From: an uncultured Gammaproteobacteria bacterium
Lineage (GTDB): Bacteria; Patescibacteriota; Microgenomatia; Levybacterales; UBA12049
Reading direction: 5' to 3'
Assembly: GCA_964521295.1 (NCBI GenBank)
Contig: CAZFRF010000001.1
Coordinates: 398,146 to 462,145, forward strand
DNA length: 64,000 nucleotides
Positions 1 through 11,589 of the stretch are shown in pieces. The notes under the pieces were generated by a model. That model was given only the letters and a program-made list of their open reading frames with translations, was not told the DNA's origin and searched no databases. Position numbers and translations under genes: made by a program. Numbering within the stretch: the stretch's first letter is position 1; each line of letters begins with the position of its first letter.

Positions 1-691
1 TGAAAAGGTTCCAAATGGCTTTGGCTCCATCTCTAAAAGTATTTAATTTCTTGCCTTCTTCATAACCCCTAGGAGTTACTTCAATAGGAACTTCTAGTAT
101 TTTAAAATTCTTCTTCATTAATTTAGCAGTTATCTCTGGTTCGAATTCAAATCCTCTTGCGTTCAATTTAATCCCATCTAGTGCGTGTGCAGGAAAAAGT
201 TTATAGCAAGTTTCCATGTCTGTTATCCATTGTCCATATAAAATACTTGTGCATAGGCTCAAAAATCTATTACCTAAGAAGTGTAATAAAAATCTAAAAG
301 TTTTTTCTTCCTTTTTTAGATTTGGCTTCCTTTTAAGCCTTGTGCCGTAAACAACCTCAGCTTTTTTAGCAATTATTGGCTCAAGTAAGCTATTAATAAA
401 CTTAGGATCATATTCCAAATCTGCATCTTGAATAATAATATAATCTCCAGTCGATTCTTTTATACCTCTTATAACAGCTGCTCCTTTACCTTGGTTTTTA
501 GGTTGGAAAAATATTTTCAAATCTTTAGTTTTGAATCCTTCTAACTTTTCTTTTGTAGAGTCTGTAGAACCATCATCAACCACAATTATCTCTTTAGTTA
601 CGTTATTAATTTTCTGATCAATAACTCTATCTAAAACCTGAGTAATTGTCTTTTCTTCATTAAAAACTGGAATGACTATTGATAACTTCAT
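1..691 (-). CDS. GT2 glycosyltransferase, DPM1-like (runs off the window at its 3' end)
   Basis: Not in the ORF track. Read by hand from ATG at 691: [16 protein letters not shown]...[10 protein letters not shown]...NQGKGAA...[12 protein letters not shown]; the frame is still open at position 1. Confidence 0.85.
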   Translation of the reverse strand, partial: MKLSIVIPVFNEEKTITQVLDRVIDQKINNVTKEIIVVDDGSTDSTKEKLEGFKTKDLKIFFQPKNQGKGAAVIRGIKESTGDYIIIQDADLEYDPKFINSLLEPIIAKKAEVVYGTRLKRKPNLKKEEKTFRFLLHFLGNRFLSLCTSILYGQWITDMETCYKLFPAHALDGIKLNARGFEFEPEITAKLMKKNFKILEVPIEVTPRGYEEGKKLNTFRDGAKAIWNLF

Positions 692-1611
692 TTTGAATAA
701 ATTCCTGTAACTTCCTTATCTGTTTTCGTAAACAGCTTAATATTATTATATCGATAATACAATACTTTTGGAATATTTAATATAGCCTTAATAAAACCTA
801 AATAGAATGCGTATTCACCCTTTAATAGGGTATTTAGAAAATGGTAAGGAAGCCAAATAAAATGTTTAATTATTAAATTTAAATCTGTTGCATTTGTCCA
901 AACAAAATAAAACATATTTCGATATACAATAGATTGAACATAAGACTTTTTAAATTGTTTTTTAATTACTCCTTTTTCATGTTCATGAAAAACGGTGCTC
1001 TTAGGTTCAAAAACTAATTTATAACCTGATTTCAGCGCTCTGTATGATAAATCAATATCTTCCCAATAAAAAGGGCTAAACAATGGATCCATTCCTCCCA
1101 ATTTATCCCAAATAGACCTTCTAAATGTCCCACTCCCACCGCTCACCCAAAGCGTATCTGTTAAATTAACTTCTCCTCTTGAATGAACCAAAAATCCCCT
1201 TTTCCAAGAACCTACCCCTCTACCTCTTAAAACATGGCCATCTTTTTCAATACTTCTATCCATACAGCCTACTGCAAAAACAGCTTCATCTTTAAAATTA
1301 GCAAGTAGCGGGTCAAGAAAACCTGCTTCTGGATATACATCTGTATTAAGTAACAATAATATTTCCCCATTGGCCTTAGAAACTCCGAAATTTACGGTTT
1401 TTGCAAAACCCATATTTTGCGGATTTTGAAACAAAGTTACTTCAGAAAGAGTCTGTAAGTACAAAACAGAGTTATCGGTTGAAAAATCATCAACAACAAT
1501 TATCTCTATCTTCCCTCTTTGGTACTTTTTTAATTCAGAAATAATTTTTGGAAGATTCTTTTTTAAAAGTTCTTCACCATTATAATTTGGAATAATTACA
1601 CTAATATTCAT
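688..1611 (-). CDS. GT2 family glycosyltransferase (rhamnosyltransferase-like)
   Basis: [21 protein letters not shown] and [11 protein letters not shown] motifs. Confidence 0.85.
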   Translation of the reverse strand: MNISVIIPNYNGEELLKKNLPKIISELKKYQRGKIEIIVVDDFSTDNSVLYLQTLSEVTLFQNPQNMGFAKTVNFGVSKANGEILLLLNTDVYPEAGFLDPLLANFKDEAVFAVGCMDRSIEKDGHVLRGRGVGSWKRGFLVHSRGEVNLTDTLWVSGGSGTFRRSIWDKLGGMDPLFSPFYWEDIDLSYRALKSGYKLVFEPKSTVFHEHEKGVIKKQFKKSYVQSIVYRNMFYFVWTNATDLNLIIKHFIWLPYHFLNTLLKGEYAFYLGFIKAILNIPKVLYYRYNNIKLFTKTDKEVTGIYSK

Positions 1612-1613
1612 TA

Positions 1614-3872
1614 TTAAAACAATGTATTATAAAAAACTAGCTTATGTTTTCCGGCTGGGATTATAACACCTCTAAAATTATAGTCTGTAAGATATATATT
1701 TGCATTATTACCATCTATTGACGCTTTCCAAGACGGATAGTAACTATCTGTTAAAATTAAAAATCCTTCTTTTTCATTATCGGTATTAATCTCAACTTTA
1801 TTTGCAGAATAGGATACAATTTTTACTGCTCCAACATTCCAAATTTTATCCCATTTCGAATCGCTCGATGCAACCACTGCTCTTTGACTTAAGGGAATAT
1901 TCTCATAGAGTTTATTAATTTCATCTTGCTTACTTACAGCATTAATTGTTCTCTGAACAAAAAAAGCTCTAGGCAAAGCACCATTGTTTTCGTAGATATG
2001 TGTTTTACCCTCAGTCAAAACTTTTACATATTTTGAGCCCTCAAGCTTATCTGCTGTTAAAATATATTTGACTCCTAAAAGATCAATTATTGGAGATTTA
2101 TAATTTTCAACCTTAATAATCCTATTGAACCCAAATGGAGAGTGAATATCCGGACTATTTCTGCCAACGCTAGCCATTAACTCTCCATACCTTTGTAAAT
2201 ATAGAGGGTCATAACCATCAATGCTTTGTAGCTTATACATAATTGCAAAATTAGGTGGAAAAATTTCACCATTTGTTTCCATTATTCTCGCAAGACCTGT
2301 ATTTTCTTGTAAGAAAGAAAGAGCTTTAGTGGTTGGATAAAGATATTCTTGTTTTGAAAACGTAAGGTATTTCCAACCCATTCTAAATAAATCAAATAAA
2401 TTTATTGCAATAAGTAAGATTATTAAATACTTAATATATTTTTGTTTATTTTTCAAAACAAAAAAATAATTAACAACTAGTAGAGATGCTAAAGATATGA
2501 AAATAACAGTTGGAAATACTAAATTTCTCTTAGTTACTAATAAATTTTCTGCTGAAATATTTCCCAAACCATTAAAAAATACAAACAACCAAAGGCTTGT
2601 AAATATTAATGCAAAAATTAATAGATTAATAAATATTTTTTTATCTTTCTTCTTTATGATAAATTCATGAATACCATAAGATGCTAAAACAATTAAACAG
2701 AAATCAATTACTGCTAAAAGCCGCGTTGGCTGAGAAGTGGAGATAAAAGGTATGTGTAAATAAAATGGAAGCTTAGAAATTAAATTGGGAAAAGCAAAAA
2801 CTAATGATAGTAATAAAGAAATAATGAAAAATATTTTTTCCTTGCTAACCTTAAACAATGAATAAATTGCAAAAAATAAAGCAATAACACCTATATATCC
2901 AATAAATTCTCCATAATTCCACTCTCCAAAATAATTCAGTGTTGTAGGATTTCCAAAAAAATCAGGAGCTATAAACTGAACTGCATTTTGCCAAGGAATA
3001 AACCAACCTTTTGCAAGCCAATCAATTTGATCTGAATTTCTAGCCGACAAATTGATAAACTGAAATACAAGATAAAGACTAGGCAATGCAATAACTACGA
3101 AAATAATATTTGCAATAAAAAAATATGGCACTACCTTAACTAAGCTTTTGTTAGATAAAAGTTTATAAATAAAATAAACTGTACTTAGTAATAGAATATA
3201 AAAAAAGATTTGCAAATGCCCTGCGAAAAATGAAAAAAGTAAAGCAATCGAATATAACCCTAACCAAATAAATAACTCCTTTCGCTTATTCAAATTATCG
3301 ACTAACTTATCAATCGCCAAAAACAACATGGGAAGCCAAAGATAAACGCTAACTATATTTCCCCATTCCATCCAGGAAATTGCAAATCCACAAAAAGCAA
3401 AAGCAAGTGATCCAAACATAGCCGCCTTTAGCTCTAATTTTAGATTTTTTAAAAAAAGAAACATAAATAAACCAGCTAAAATTGGTTGAGAAATAATTAA
3501 TAGACTCCAAGCGAGCTCAAAAGGCATTAGAAAAAATAAGAAATTCAAAGGATAAAAAGCTGCTGACTGGAAATTTGCTAACAATGGGCTACCCGAAAAG
3601 GAATATGGGTTCCAGAGGGGAAACTCAAATTTCTTTTCTGCTTCGATTACCAAATTCTTCCAAGGATACTGTTGTCTAACAGGATCAGTAGTTAAAAAAT
3701 TCTTAAATGGAATTCCATTTGGATATTCACTTGCATATCTATCTCTATATGGATGATATAGGCCAACAATTGTATCAGAAGGAATAGGCAATAAGCTTTT
3801 CAGAAATACATCTTTAAAGAAAATTGAAATTATCCCAATATAAATTACTAATAAAATTACTTTAAACTTCAT
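1614..3872 (-). CDS. YfhO-family multi-pass membrane protein (putative GT-C glycosyltransferase)
   Basis: PLWNPYSFSGSPLLAN, APDFFGNP, IDGYDP and C-terminal SYYPSWKA..D...FRGV..P.G.H motifs; many TM segments. Confidence 0.8.
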   Translation of the reverse strand: MKFKVILLVIYIGIISIFFKDVFLKSLLPIPSDTIVGLYHPYRDRYASEYPNGIPFKNFLTTDPVRQQYPWKNLVIEAEKKFEFPLWNPYSFSGSPLLANFQSAAFYPLNFLFFLMPFELAWSLLIISQPILAGLFMFLFLKNLKLELKAAMFGSLAFAFCGFAISWMEWGNIVSVYLWLPMLFLAIDKLVDNLNKRKELFIWLGLYSIALLFSFFAGHLQIFFYILLLSTVYFIYKLLSNKSLVKVVPYFFIANIIFVVIALPSLYLVFQFINLSARNSDQIDWLAKGWFIPWQNAVQFIAPDFFGNPTTLNYFGEWNYGEFIGYIGVIALFFAIYSLFKVSKEKIFFIISLLLSLVFAFPNLISKLPFYLHIPFISTSQPTRLLAVIDFCLIVLASYGIHEFIIKKKDKKIFINLLIFALIFTSLWLFVFFNGLGNISAENLLVTKRNLVFPTVIFISLASLLVVNYFFVLKNKQKYIKYLIILLIAINLFDLFRMGWKYLTFSKQEYLYPTTKALSFLQENTGLARIMETNGEIFPPNFAIMYKLQSIDGYDPLYLQRYGELMASVGRNSPDIHSPFGFNRIIKVENYKSPIIDLLGVKYILTADKLEGSKYVKVLTEGKTHIYENNGALPRAFFVQRTINAVSKQDEINKLYENIPLSQRAVVASSDSKWDKIWNVGAVKIVSYSANKVEINTDNEKEGFLILTDSYYPSWKASIDGNNANIYLTDYNFRGVIIPAGKHKLVFYNTLF

Positions 3873-4946
3873 TTATTTAAATATTCCTCTAATCTTATCG
3901 CAGAAAATATCTGAAACAAAAGCACTAGATCTTTTAATTGCTGCTTTTGATATTTCATTTAATTTTTCTTCATCCTGTGTCAATAAAATTGTCTTTAGCA
4001 TTAATTCTTCTTCGTCTGACCACAAGAATCCATTTACTCCATCCTCTACAATCTCTGGTTGACCACCTGCATTAATAACAATTGGGACATCACCGTTGGC
4101 CATTGATTCAACTGTTGTTATACCAAAGTGCTCTGCTCGCTCTGGATTAATAATTAAATCCTCTCCGAAACCAGATGCATGCCAATAAATTTTTGCTAGT
4201 GCATACTCTTCCTGCAAGACTTGGTTGTCAACATTTTCTAATATTTTTATCGGGTAATTTTTTATAATTTTTTTTAATTCTTCTATATAAAGTTTATCTT
4301 TAGGAAAATAGCTTATAACCAAATGCAATTCCCAACCTTTAAAACCTTTATCTACCATTTTTTTAAACGTATCAATTAAAAATTCTTGTTTTTTAAAAGA
4401 GGTTTTATTTTCGAATCGCTCATACCTACCAATATTTAAAATAATATTTTTCTTTTTATTAAAATCTATTTTACGCTGATCCTTAGAAAAAAAAGTAGGA
4501 GGGTAAATAATATCGCTATTTATTTTAAATTCTTTGTCAATAAATTGCTTAGTAAAATTAGAATTGCAAATAATTCTATTTACTCTTTTTAACTTAATCT
4601 TATCTAATACTTCAAGTTTTTTATTTTTAACAGGAAATTGAAAATGTATAATTAAACTAGAACTTACCAAAGGCAAGCTTCCATCACTTAAGACAAAAAT
4701 ATAATCATATTTTTTTGTTAGAAGTAATCTATTAAATAAGGAGGTTTTATTATTAAAGATGTTTTTTACAATTCTTACTTTACTCAAATCTATTCCTAAT
4801 TTAGCTTCAGCCCTCTTGACAATCGAAGCATCATCCCAAAAGACCTCAACATCTGAAGAAATCGACAAACATGCTGCAGCGAGCAGCATATATTTTTCCC
4901 CTCCGCTTAGAGTGTCTAAATAGGGAGAGTAAATTCCAATCTTCAC
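3873..4946 (-). CDS. GT4 (GT-B) glycosyltransferase
   Basis: GGEK N-terminal motif; EHFGITTVESMANG (Ex7E); GGQPEIV; GTG start. Confidence 0.85.
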   Translation of the reverse strand: MKIGIYSPYLDTLSGGEKYMLLAAACLSISSDVEVFWDDASIVKRAEAKLGIDLSKVRIVKNIFNNKTSLFNRLLLTKKYDYIFVLSDGSLPLVSSSLIIHFQFPVKNKKLEVLDKIKLKRVNRIICNSNFTKQFIDKEFKINSDIIYPPTFFSKDQRKIDFNKKKNIILNIGRYERFENKTSFKKQEFLIDTFKKMVDKGFKGWELHLVISYFPKDKLYIEELKKIIKNYPIKILENVDNQVLQEEYALAKIYWHASGFGEDLIINPERAEHFGITTVESMANGDVPIVINAGGQPEIVEDGVNGFLWSDEEELMLKTILLTQDEEKLNEISKAAIKRSSAFVSDIFCDKIRGIFK

Positions 4947-5010
4947 ATTCTTATTTTAGCAACTTTTAGACTGCATTGCATATTAAAATAATTAAGACTA
5001 TAATAATCTT

Positions 5011-5244
5011 ATGAATTTATTAGATATGAATCAATCTTCAGCACTACTTTTCTTTGGAGCATTCCTCTGGTCTATTTTTTGGAAAGGGCTTGCACTATGG
5101 AGATCTGCAAATCTAAAACAGAAAAATTGGTTTGTCGCTTTACTAATCCTCAATACAATTGGAATTGCAGAGATTGCATATCTTTTCTTTTTTGCAAAAA
5201 AGAAAATGGCTATATCAGAACTTAAATTTTGGGAAGCAAAATAA
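5011..5244 (+). CDS. Small membrane protein (DUF5652-like)
   Basis: WKGLALWRSA...WFVALLILNTIGIAEIAYLF pattern; TATAAT 6 nt upstream of ATG. Confidence 0.65.
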   Translation: MNLLDMNQSSALLFFGAFLWSIFWKGLALWRSANLKQKNWFVALLILNTIGIAEIAYLFFFAKKKMAISELKFWEAK

Positions 5245-7555
5245 CTTTTCCTCTTAAAATATATACTACAACCATCATTCCAAATCCAAATAATGCTAAT
5301 CCCACGCCACAGGCAAATGAAGTAGGTTGAAAAATTAATTGCAAATCATGTGCTCCCTTAGGCAAAATAATTCCTTGGAATGCAAAATTAGCTCTATATA
5401 TTTTAGTTTTTACACCATCAACATAGGCATTCCAACCAGGTGAATAAGGGTTAGAAATAAATAGCATTGACACTCCATCGGTATTTAATTTAAAACGCAT
5501 TGAATTTGCAGTTGACCTAACCAACTTAATTTCCGACTCAATAGCATCAAGTCGCACAGCCGGATCTTCTTCAAGATAAATAGTATCTTTTAAATTTTTA
5601 TCAGTAAAAACTTGCCTTAACTCTGTCTTTACATCTTTTATTACTGAGTAATTTATTACTGTAAAAAAACGTGGCATTGCATCCTTATTTTCAAATATTT
5701 GATATACATTATCATCATAAACTAATTTGTAAGTATCTGGATATTTCCAAAACGGATAAACCCATACGTTTCTACCATCAGCAATTTTATGAACAATATA
5801 TTTAACTCCTAATAAATCAAGCGTTTCTTTGGCAAATTTACCATTTTTAGGAAATAAAACTACAGACCTAAAAGCTTCATGTAAATTTCCCTCCTCTGCT
5901 GCTGAAATAAATTCACCATACCGTCTTAGATATACAGCATCATATCCTTCAATGGAAGGCAATTTATTAACTACTGTTTCTTCTGTACCTAAATTACCAA
6001 AAAATCTATCTACTCCAGAAAGCTTTTCATACTCTTTAACAATGGGAGTTTTGGGGTAAAATAATGATTTTGGTCCAAATTCTTGCCACTTACCCACAAA
6101 TCTCAACATCTCAAATGAAACCACCAAAATAAGAAGTAAAGATAAAACCTGCGCAAATCTTGGCTTATTGAATTTAATAAATAAATATTTAACTAGAACC
6201 CAAAAAATTAATAACGAAAAGATTAAAGAAGGCAAAATAAAATTTTGTTTTGCAATATAAATTTTATCAACTGGAATTAAAAACTTTAATAGAATACTAA
6301 TCCAAACTAAAGCAAATAAACCAACCAATCCACTTAACCATACTCCAATTTTACTTATTTTTTTTAAATCCTTATTTAGAAATTCAAAACCATACGCTCC
6401 CAATACAGCCAAACTAAAACTTGTAATAACAATAATTCTACTTAAGGCGCTTGTAGAGATTACTGGAATTTTAAAAGCTACGATTAAATCTAAAAACGGG
6501 GTGTTAATACAGAATGCTAGCGAAACCAAAACAGCAATAGCAAAAAAAAGTATCTTTTTAAATTTAAGATAAAAGAAACTAAATGAAGCCAATAATAAAA
6601 CTGAAGTTCCTACATATCCATTCCATTCGGCATAATGTCCAAACCAATCATTTCGGGTTACTGGATTTCCAAAAAAATCAGGAGCTAATATTGTAACTAA
6701 ATATCCAAAAGGAATAGCCTCATTTTTTTGAAAAATGGTACTTCGGAGAGATTGAGAATATATTTCTATTGAAGGAAGAAGTTGAGGCAGAGTTAAAAAT
6801 AATCCAAAAATAGCATAAAACAGGGTATACAAAAATTTTCTTTTTTCTTTTTCTTCCCATAACTTAAACAAAAGATATATAAAAGTAAAAATTAAAAAGT
6901 AAACACTAATTTGAAAATGTCCGCTAAAAAATGAAAGCGGAAATGTGAATGCTAAAAGAAATAGATATTTAAATTTTTGTGATAAATAGAATTTTTCTAT
7001 TGAAAAAAGGGCTAAGGGTAAAAATAAAATTGCGTATCCAAGAGTTGCGTAGTCCATCCACGTAGTTAAAAAACCGCAAAACATAAATGATATCGCTCCT
7101 AATACCGCAGATTCGTTTTGCAACTTTATGACTCTCAAAAAAAGCAACATAAATATTCCTGCTAATAGAGGTTGTAGTAAAACGAGAATACTCCAAGCAT
7201 CAACGAATTGAAAAATGAAAAATATTAAATTAAATGGACTTAAAACTGCTGATTGGTAATTTGCTAAATGATTTGTACCCGAAAAACTATATGGATTCCA
7301 AAACGGAACCTCTCCAGATTTAAATGTCTCAATTGTATGCATTTTCCAAGGAATTATTTGTGAAATAACGTCTGGCATAGCATTGTTCTTAACAGGGCCA
7401 ACATAGGTAGAATATGCGCTCCAAGGGGTAAAAAAATTAGTTAAATAAGTTGAAGAAAAAGGAACCTTGTTACCCGAAAAAACAGGTAATGCAAAAATAA
7501 ACCAAATTGCAATGATAAATAAATATGGCCAGATTTTACTTAATATTTTAGACAT
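5222..7555 (-). CDS. YfhO-family multi-pass membrane protein (putative GT-C)
   Basis: Paralog of 1614-3872 (FWNPYSFSG, APDFFGNP, IEGYD, YSPGWNAYVDG). Start moved from 7639 to the ATG at 7555 to remove the long overlap with the upstream gene. Confidence 0.8.
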   Translation of the reverse strand: MSKILSKIWPYLFIIAIWFIFALPVFSGNKVPFSSTYLTNFFTPWSAYSTYVGPVKNNAMPDVISQIIPWKMHTIETFKSGEVPFWNPYSFSGTNHLANYQSAVLSPFNLIFFIFQFVDAWSILVLLQPLLAGIFMLLFLRVIKLQNESAVLGAISFMFCGFLTTWMDYATLGYAILFLPLALFSIEKFYLSQKFKYLFLLAFTFPLSFFSGHFQISVYFLIFTFIYLLFKLWEEKEKRKFLYTLFYAIFGLFLTLPQLLPSIEIYSQSLRSTIFQKNEAIPFGYLVTILAPDFFGNPVTRNDWFGHYAEWNGYVGTSVLLLASFSFFYLKFKKILFFAIAVLVSLAFCINTPFLDLIVAFKIPVISTSALSRIIVITSFSLAVLGAYGFEFLNKDLKKISKIGVWLSGLVGLFALVWISILLKFLIPVDKIYIAKQNFILPSLIFSLLIFWVLVKYLFIKFNKPRFAQVLSLLLILVVSFEMLRFVGKWQEFGPKSLFYPKTPIVKEYEKLSGVDRFFGNLGTEETVVNKLPSIEGYDAVYLRRYGEFISAAEEGNLHEAFRSVVLFPKNGKFAKETLDLLGVKYIVHKIADGRNVWVYPFWKYPDTYKLVYDDNVYQIFENKDAMPRFFTVINYSVIKDVKTELRQVFTDKNLKDTIYLEEDPAVRLDAIESEIKLVRSTANSMRFKLNTDGVSMLFISNPYSPGWNAYVDGVKTKIYRANFAFQGIILPKGAHDLQLIFQPTSFACGVGLALFGFGMMVVVYILRGKVILLPKI

Positions 7556-8306
7556 TTTTTTTACTAATTTCTTTTTGCTGTAACTCCCAAAGCTTTGCAT
7601 AGGTAATAAAAATACTAAATGCTTGAAACATACTCTCAACTAGACCTGCTGTTCTTGCTTTGTATCCTTGTTGCTTAATATAAGAATCAAAAAATGCCAT
7701 TATCATTACTCTCGGAAACCTCCACCAAGTCATCTTAGGATGATTTTGGTTATATCTTAAAATTGCTTCAGTAGTTGACCATCTTAATGTCTTATTAATC
7801 ATTGATTCTAAATCCCGATGTGTAAAATGCAAAATAAAACCATCTAGTATTTTGCCCTCTCCTTTAACATCTGGTGTCTCATGCAGCTGCCCCTTCCACC
7901 CCTGTAAATCTTTTTTCCTAAATAACCTTTCCATTTTTTCAATACGAGGCCAAGGATTTTTACCCAAATAATAATTTTGACGTTTTAAATAATAAAAAGA
8001 AAAATTGTCTTCACTAGCTGCTTTAATAATTGAATTCTTTAATTCACTATCAATTCTTTCGTCTGCATCTAAATACAGGAGGTATTCATGACTTGCTTTT
8101 TGTAGTCCTAGATTTCTTAACTCAGAGAAATCATTTGTATCAATTGAAAAAACTTTAGCACCTTGCTTCTGTGCGATATCTTTAGTTTTATCGATAGAAG
8201 CATTATCGATAACTATTATTTCATCACAAAAAGATAGGCTTTCCAGACAATCCCCTAACATTTGCTCTTCATTTTTAGCAATAACAACTGCGGAAATTTT
8301 ATTCAT
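7548..8306 (-). CDS. GT2 beta-1,4-glucosyltransferase-like protein
   Basis: SAVVIAKNEE, LYLDADE, LHE motifs. Confidence 0.8.
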   Translation of the reverse strand: MNKISAVVIAKNEEQMLGDCLESLSFCDEIIVIDNASIDKTKDIAQKQGAKVFSIDTNDFSELRNLGLQKASHEYLLYLDADERIDSELKNSIIKAASEDNFSFYYLKRQNYYLGKNPWPRIEKMERLFRKKDLQGWKGQLHETPDVKGEGKILDGFILHFTHRDLESMINKTLRWSTTEAILRYNQNHPKMTWWRFPRVMIMAFFDSYIKQQGYKARTAGLVESMFQAFSIFITYAKLWELQQKEISKKNV

Positions 8307-9217
8307 TATTTTTGATAAGAACCTTTACCGAATACATTTAAATAAAAATCTCTAATACCAATCTTTTGCCATTTTCTTCCTTTAAGCAAAATTAAAATAC
8401 TTTCTTTAACAAGCGCTGCCTTAACTCTTAAATTTACATATTTAAAACCAAATAACATTCTATTTCTGGAAATATAATAATCTTGCAAGCTTGATCCAGA
8501 ACCTCCAGTCGCTGCTGCATTTAAATGCCACAAAATAGCTCTTGGGTTAAATGTTATTTTATATCCCAATTTTTTAATTCTCATTCCTAAATCTGCATCC
8601 TCATAATATAGAAAAAATCTTTCATCAAAAAAACTAGATTTTTCTAAAACTTCCCTACTTAGCATCATGCAACAACCTGTTGGTATCTCTGTTTCATTTA
8701 TTTCTGAGAATTGACCTTTATCAACTTCATCAACTCCAATATGCTTGCCAATTACATTGGCCCAGTCCATAAAGCCTCCTGCATACCAGATAACCTTTCC
8801 TAGCTCTTGTTCCTTATATCTATCTTTATGATACTCATGACCCTTAGCAAAATATATTTTTGGGACAACAGCGCCAACCTTATCATCTGCAAACGGCTTA
8901 AGCAACTCCTCTACCAAATCTTTATCGAGTATCGTGTCATTATTTAAAATTAATACAAAATCTGCTCCATTACGAATAGAAAAATCTATCCCAGTATTTT
9001 GACCTCCAGAAAAACCAAGATTTTTTTCGTTTCTTAAAACAAATAACTCAAAATTATTATATTTATTTTCAGTTGCAAATTCTTTCTCGGAAGCATTATC
9101 TACTACAACTACTGATAATTTAAAATTATTTACTGAAAGTTTTTCAATACTATCTAAACAGTCTTGAGTCGACTGATTATCATTAAAAGTTAGAATAGAA
9201 ATAAAAACATGTTTCAT
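8306..9217 (-). CDS. GT2 family glycosyltransferase (rhamnosyltransferase-like)
   Basis: VVDNAS, NLGFSGG.N, LNND, FFLYYEDAD. Confidence 0.85.
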   Translation of the reverse strand: MKHVFISILTFNDNQSTQDCLDSIEKLSVNNFKLSVVVVDNASEKEFATENKYNNFELFVLRNEKNLGFSGGQNTGIDFSIRNGADFVLILNNDTILDKDLVEELLKPFADDKVGAVVPKIYFAKGHEYHKDRYKEQELGKVIWYAGGFMDWANVIGKHIGVDEVDKGQFSEINETEIPTGCCMMLSREVLEKSSFFDERFFLYYEDADLGMRIKKLGYKITFNPRAILWHLNAAATGGSGSSLQDYYISRNRMLFGFKYVNLRVKAALVKESILILLKGRKWQKIGIRDFYLNVFGKGSYQK

Positions 9218-10131
9218 AAGGGTAACTTTGATGTTATTTTTACGAGTGTTTTTTTAATTGGATTTTTTACTTGTTCTAATTTTTCTTTTGCAATCCAAAA
9301 CACGATATCTTTTCCAGCCTTTTTAAACTCTTTTTCAGTTTCTTCAAGAAAATTATTATTATTGTATTCTTTAAACCCTTTTTTCTCCCAAATTAAAGTA
9401 AAAATGATAAAATGATAAAATCCCATAAGTAGAGACAAGATTAATCCATGGAATCCATCTTTATAGCCTTTTCTTGCAAAAAATCTACTTAAAAATTCTG
9501 CAACCGGAAACTTGATAGCATCAAAATAATTGAAATCATATCCTTTCTCTACAATATTTTCAGCTTCATTTTGTGCATAATTTAAGGTTTTAGTTGTAAA
9601 CTGAAAAATTGATTCATAATTATTATGTATTAAATGTTCTTTTAGCTTTGCTGTTTGACCTTCAATCTGAAGATGTTCATGAACATGTTTTGCGCCATAT
9701 TTTCCTTTACCTTTTCTAAATAATCTTAATTGATAATCAGGATACCAGCCAGTATTTTCAATCCATTTCCCAAAGATTATATTTTTTCTTGGAATCCAAA
9801 AACCATTAATATACTCTATTTGTGAAGGCGCACTTAAAATCTTTTTAATTTCCCCCGCTAACTCTTCTGAAACCATCTCATCAGCATCAATACTTAATAT
9901 AAAGTCGCATGTTGTTTTATCAAAACCAAAGTTTTTTTGGATATCAATATTTTGAGGATTATTTTTTTGAGTATATACTTTCTCTGTATATTTTTTAGCT
10001 ATTTCTTCTGTTTTATCATTAGAAGAATTATTGACTACTATTATCTCATCGCAAAAAGCTAAAGACTTTAGTGTTTTTTCAATATTTCTTTCTTCATTAT
10101 ATGCACTGATTACGGCAGAAATTTTGTACAT
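9214..10131 (-). CDS. GT2 beta-1,4-glucosyltransferase-like protein
   Basis: SAYNEE, IDADE, WYPDYQLRLF, HVHE. Confidence 0.8.
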   Translation of the reverse strand: MYKISAVISAYNEERNIEKTLKSLAFCDEIIVVNNSSNDKTEEIAKKYTEKVYTQKNNPQNIDIQKNFGFDKTTCDFILSIDADEMVSEELAGEIKKILSAPSQIEYINGFWIPRKNIIFGKWIENTGWYPDYQLRLFRKGKGKYGAKHVHEHLQIEGQTAKLKEHLIHNNYESIFQFTTKTLNYAQNEAENIVEKGYDFNYFDAIKFPVAEFLSRFFARKGYKDGFHGLILSLLMGFYHFIIFTLIWEKKGFKEYNNNNFLEETEKEFKKAGKDIVFWIAKEKLEQVKNPIKKTLVKITSKLPL

Positions 10132-10134
10132 AAT

Positions 10135-11589
10135 TTATTTTCTCAAGCTTTGCTTAATAAGTAAAATATCAGCTTTAATTTGCTCACGGCCAATCAAGAA
10201 ACTAACTCCAAAATAAACAAATATACCAACCAGTATACACGCGAAAACCCCAAATAAGCTTCCGCCAAGAAATCCTGCTAAGACATAAAGAATTACTCCC
10301 ATAACAACCGTGCTGATTGTTGGATACAAAACTGAACTTAATACACTAAAATTTAGATATCTTTTTACAATCAAAACTACCAAAACTACCGACAATGAAA
10401 TTAGAGCAGAAGATATCGCAACGCCGTTAAATCCAAATGTAAAAATCATAAAAGGAGTCAACACCCATGTAGCAATTGTCCAAAAAACCATTAAATATAA
10501 GGTTATTTTAATTTTTCCAATCGCATTTAATGCATTCGTTAAAGGCGTAGATACTGAAGACAATGCTGAGCTAATAGCAAAAAACACTAAAGAAAGTAAT
10601 GCAGGCTCCCATTTAATATATTTGGGAATTAAATTCACAAAATATGGCCCTAGAAGCACTAAACCTACTAATGAAGGGAAGATTAAAAAACAGGCTGCAA
10701 AAATCGATTTCTCAATTGCTTTTACTAAGATATCTTTTTCATCCTGCAAGCGAGAGAAAGATGGAAATGTAATTCTTATCACATTATCCATAATTAGCCT
10801 AAGAGGCATGAGTGCCCACTTTTGCGCAAAGCCAATATAGCCTACTTGCGCAATAGGCAAAGCTTTTCCTAAATAAGCTATGAATAAATCATCCTTTACT
10901 AAGGCTAGAAAACTATTTAATTGGAAGGGAATTCCAAACGACAAAAGTTGTTTTGCTGAACTTTTGGAAAAACCCAAACTAATTCTCCAAGGCTTAATCA
11001 AGTAAATTGTAATAAGCCCCGAAACACCCCTAGCTAAAACAGCATAACTAAAGCTCGCAATTCCAAATCCATTGACAGCCAGAGCTACAACAATTACATT
11101 GAAAAAAATAGTCTCAACAATTTGAGGAATTACTAACTTATCAAAATTTAAATTTCTTTCTAAGATAATGGATGGGATGGTTTTTAATGAAGATAAGAAA
11201 AAAGAAATTGCTAAAGCTTGAAAAAGAAAAACCCCATCTGATCCTAGATTATAAAACTTACCTACAAAACCTGATAAAAGTAAAGCAATAATAACTATAC
11301 TTAAAACTAATATTTGCTGCAAAGTAAAGGTAGTTTTTAAATCTTCCTCTGTTAATTTATCTTTTTTTTGAATTAATGCAGCAGCGAGTCCGATATCAGA
11401 AAAGTATGACAAAAACGCAATTGCTGCAGATACAACAAAGAAGATTCCAAAGACAGAAGGCGATAAGAAAATAGTTAAGATAAAATTAGCTGAAAAACTA
11501 ACTAATTGAATAAAAAAAGTTCTGGAGGTTAACGCAAAAATTCCATGAATGGATTTTTTTGTTATCAGAGCTATATCAGTTTCTTCCAT
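10135..11589 (-). CDS. Wzx-type oligosaccharide flippase
   Basis: DIGLAAALIQKK and FPSFSRLQ motifs, many TM segments, inside a GT cluster. Confidence 0.85.
   Translation of the reverse strand: MEETDIALITKKSIHGIFALTSRTFFIQLVSFSANFILTIFLSPSVFGIFFVVSAAIAFLSYFSDIGLAAALIQKKDKLTEEDLKTTFTLQQILVLSIVIIALLLSGFVGKFYNLGSDGVFLFQALAISFFLSSLKTIPSIILERNLNFDKLVIPQIVETIFFNVIVVALAVNGFGIASFSYAVLARGVSGLITIYLIKPWRISLGFSKSSAKQLLSFGIPFQLNSFLALVKDDLFIAYLGKALPIAQVGYIGFAQKWALMPLRLIMDNVIRITFPSFSRLQDEKDILVKAIEKSIFAACFLIFPSLVGLVLLGPYFVNLIPKYIKWEPALLSLVFFAISSALSSVSTPLTNALNAIGKIKITLYLMVFWTIATWVLTPFMIFTFGFNGVAISSALISLSVVLVVLIVKRYLNFSVLSSVLYPTISTVVMGVILYVLAGFLGGSLFGVFACILVGIFVYFGVSFLIGREQIKADILLIKQSLRK

Noticed and set aside
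2947-6687. 25-bp exact repeat GGATTTCCAAAAAAATCAGGAGCTA (2947 and 6663)
   Set aside because: Encodes the conserved APDFFGNP motif of two YfhO paralogs; not a mobile or CRISPR repeat
10310-10840. 176-aa + strand ORF
   Set aside because: Antisense shadow of the flippase gene
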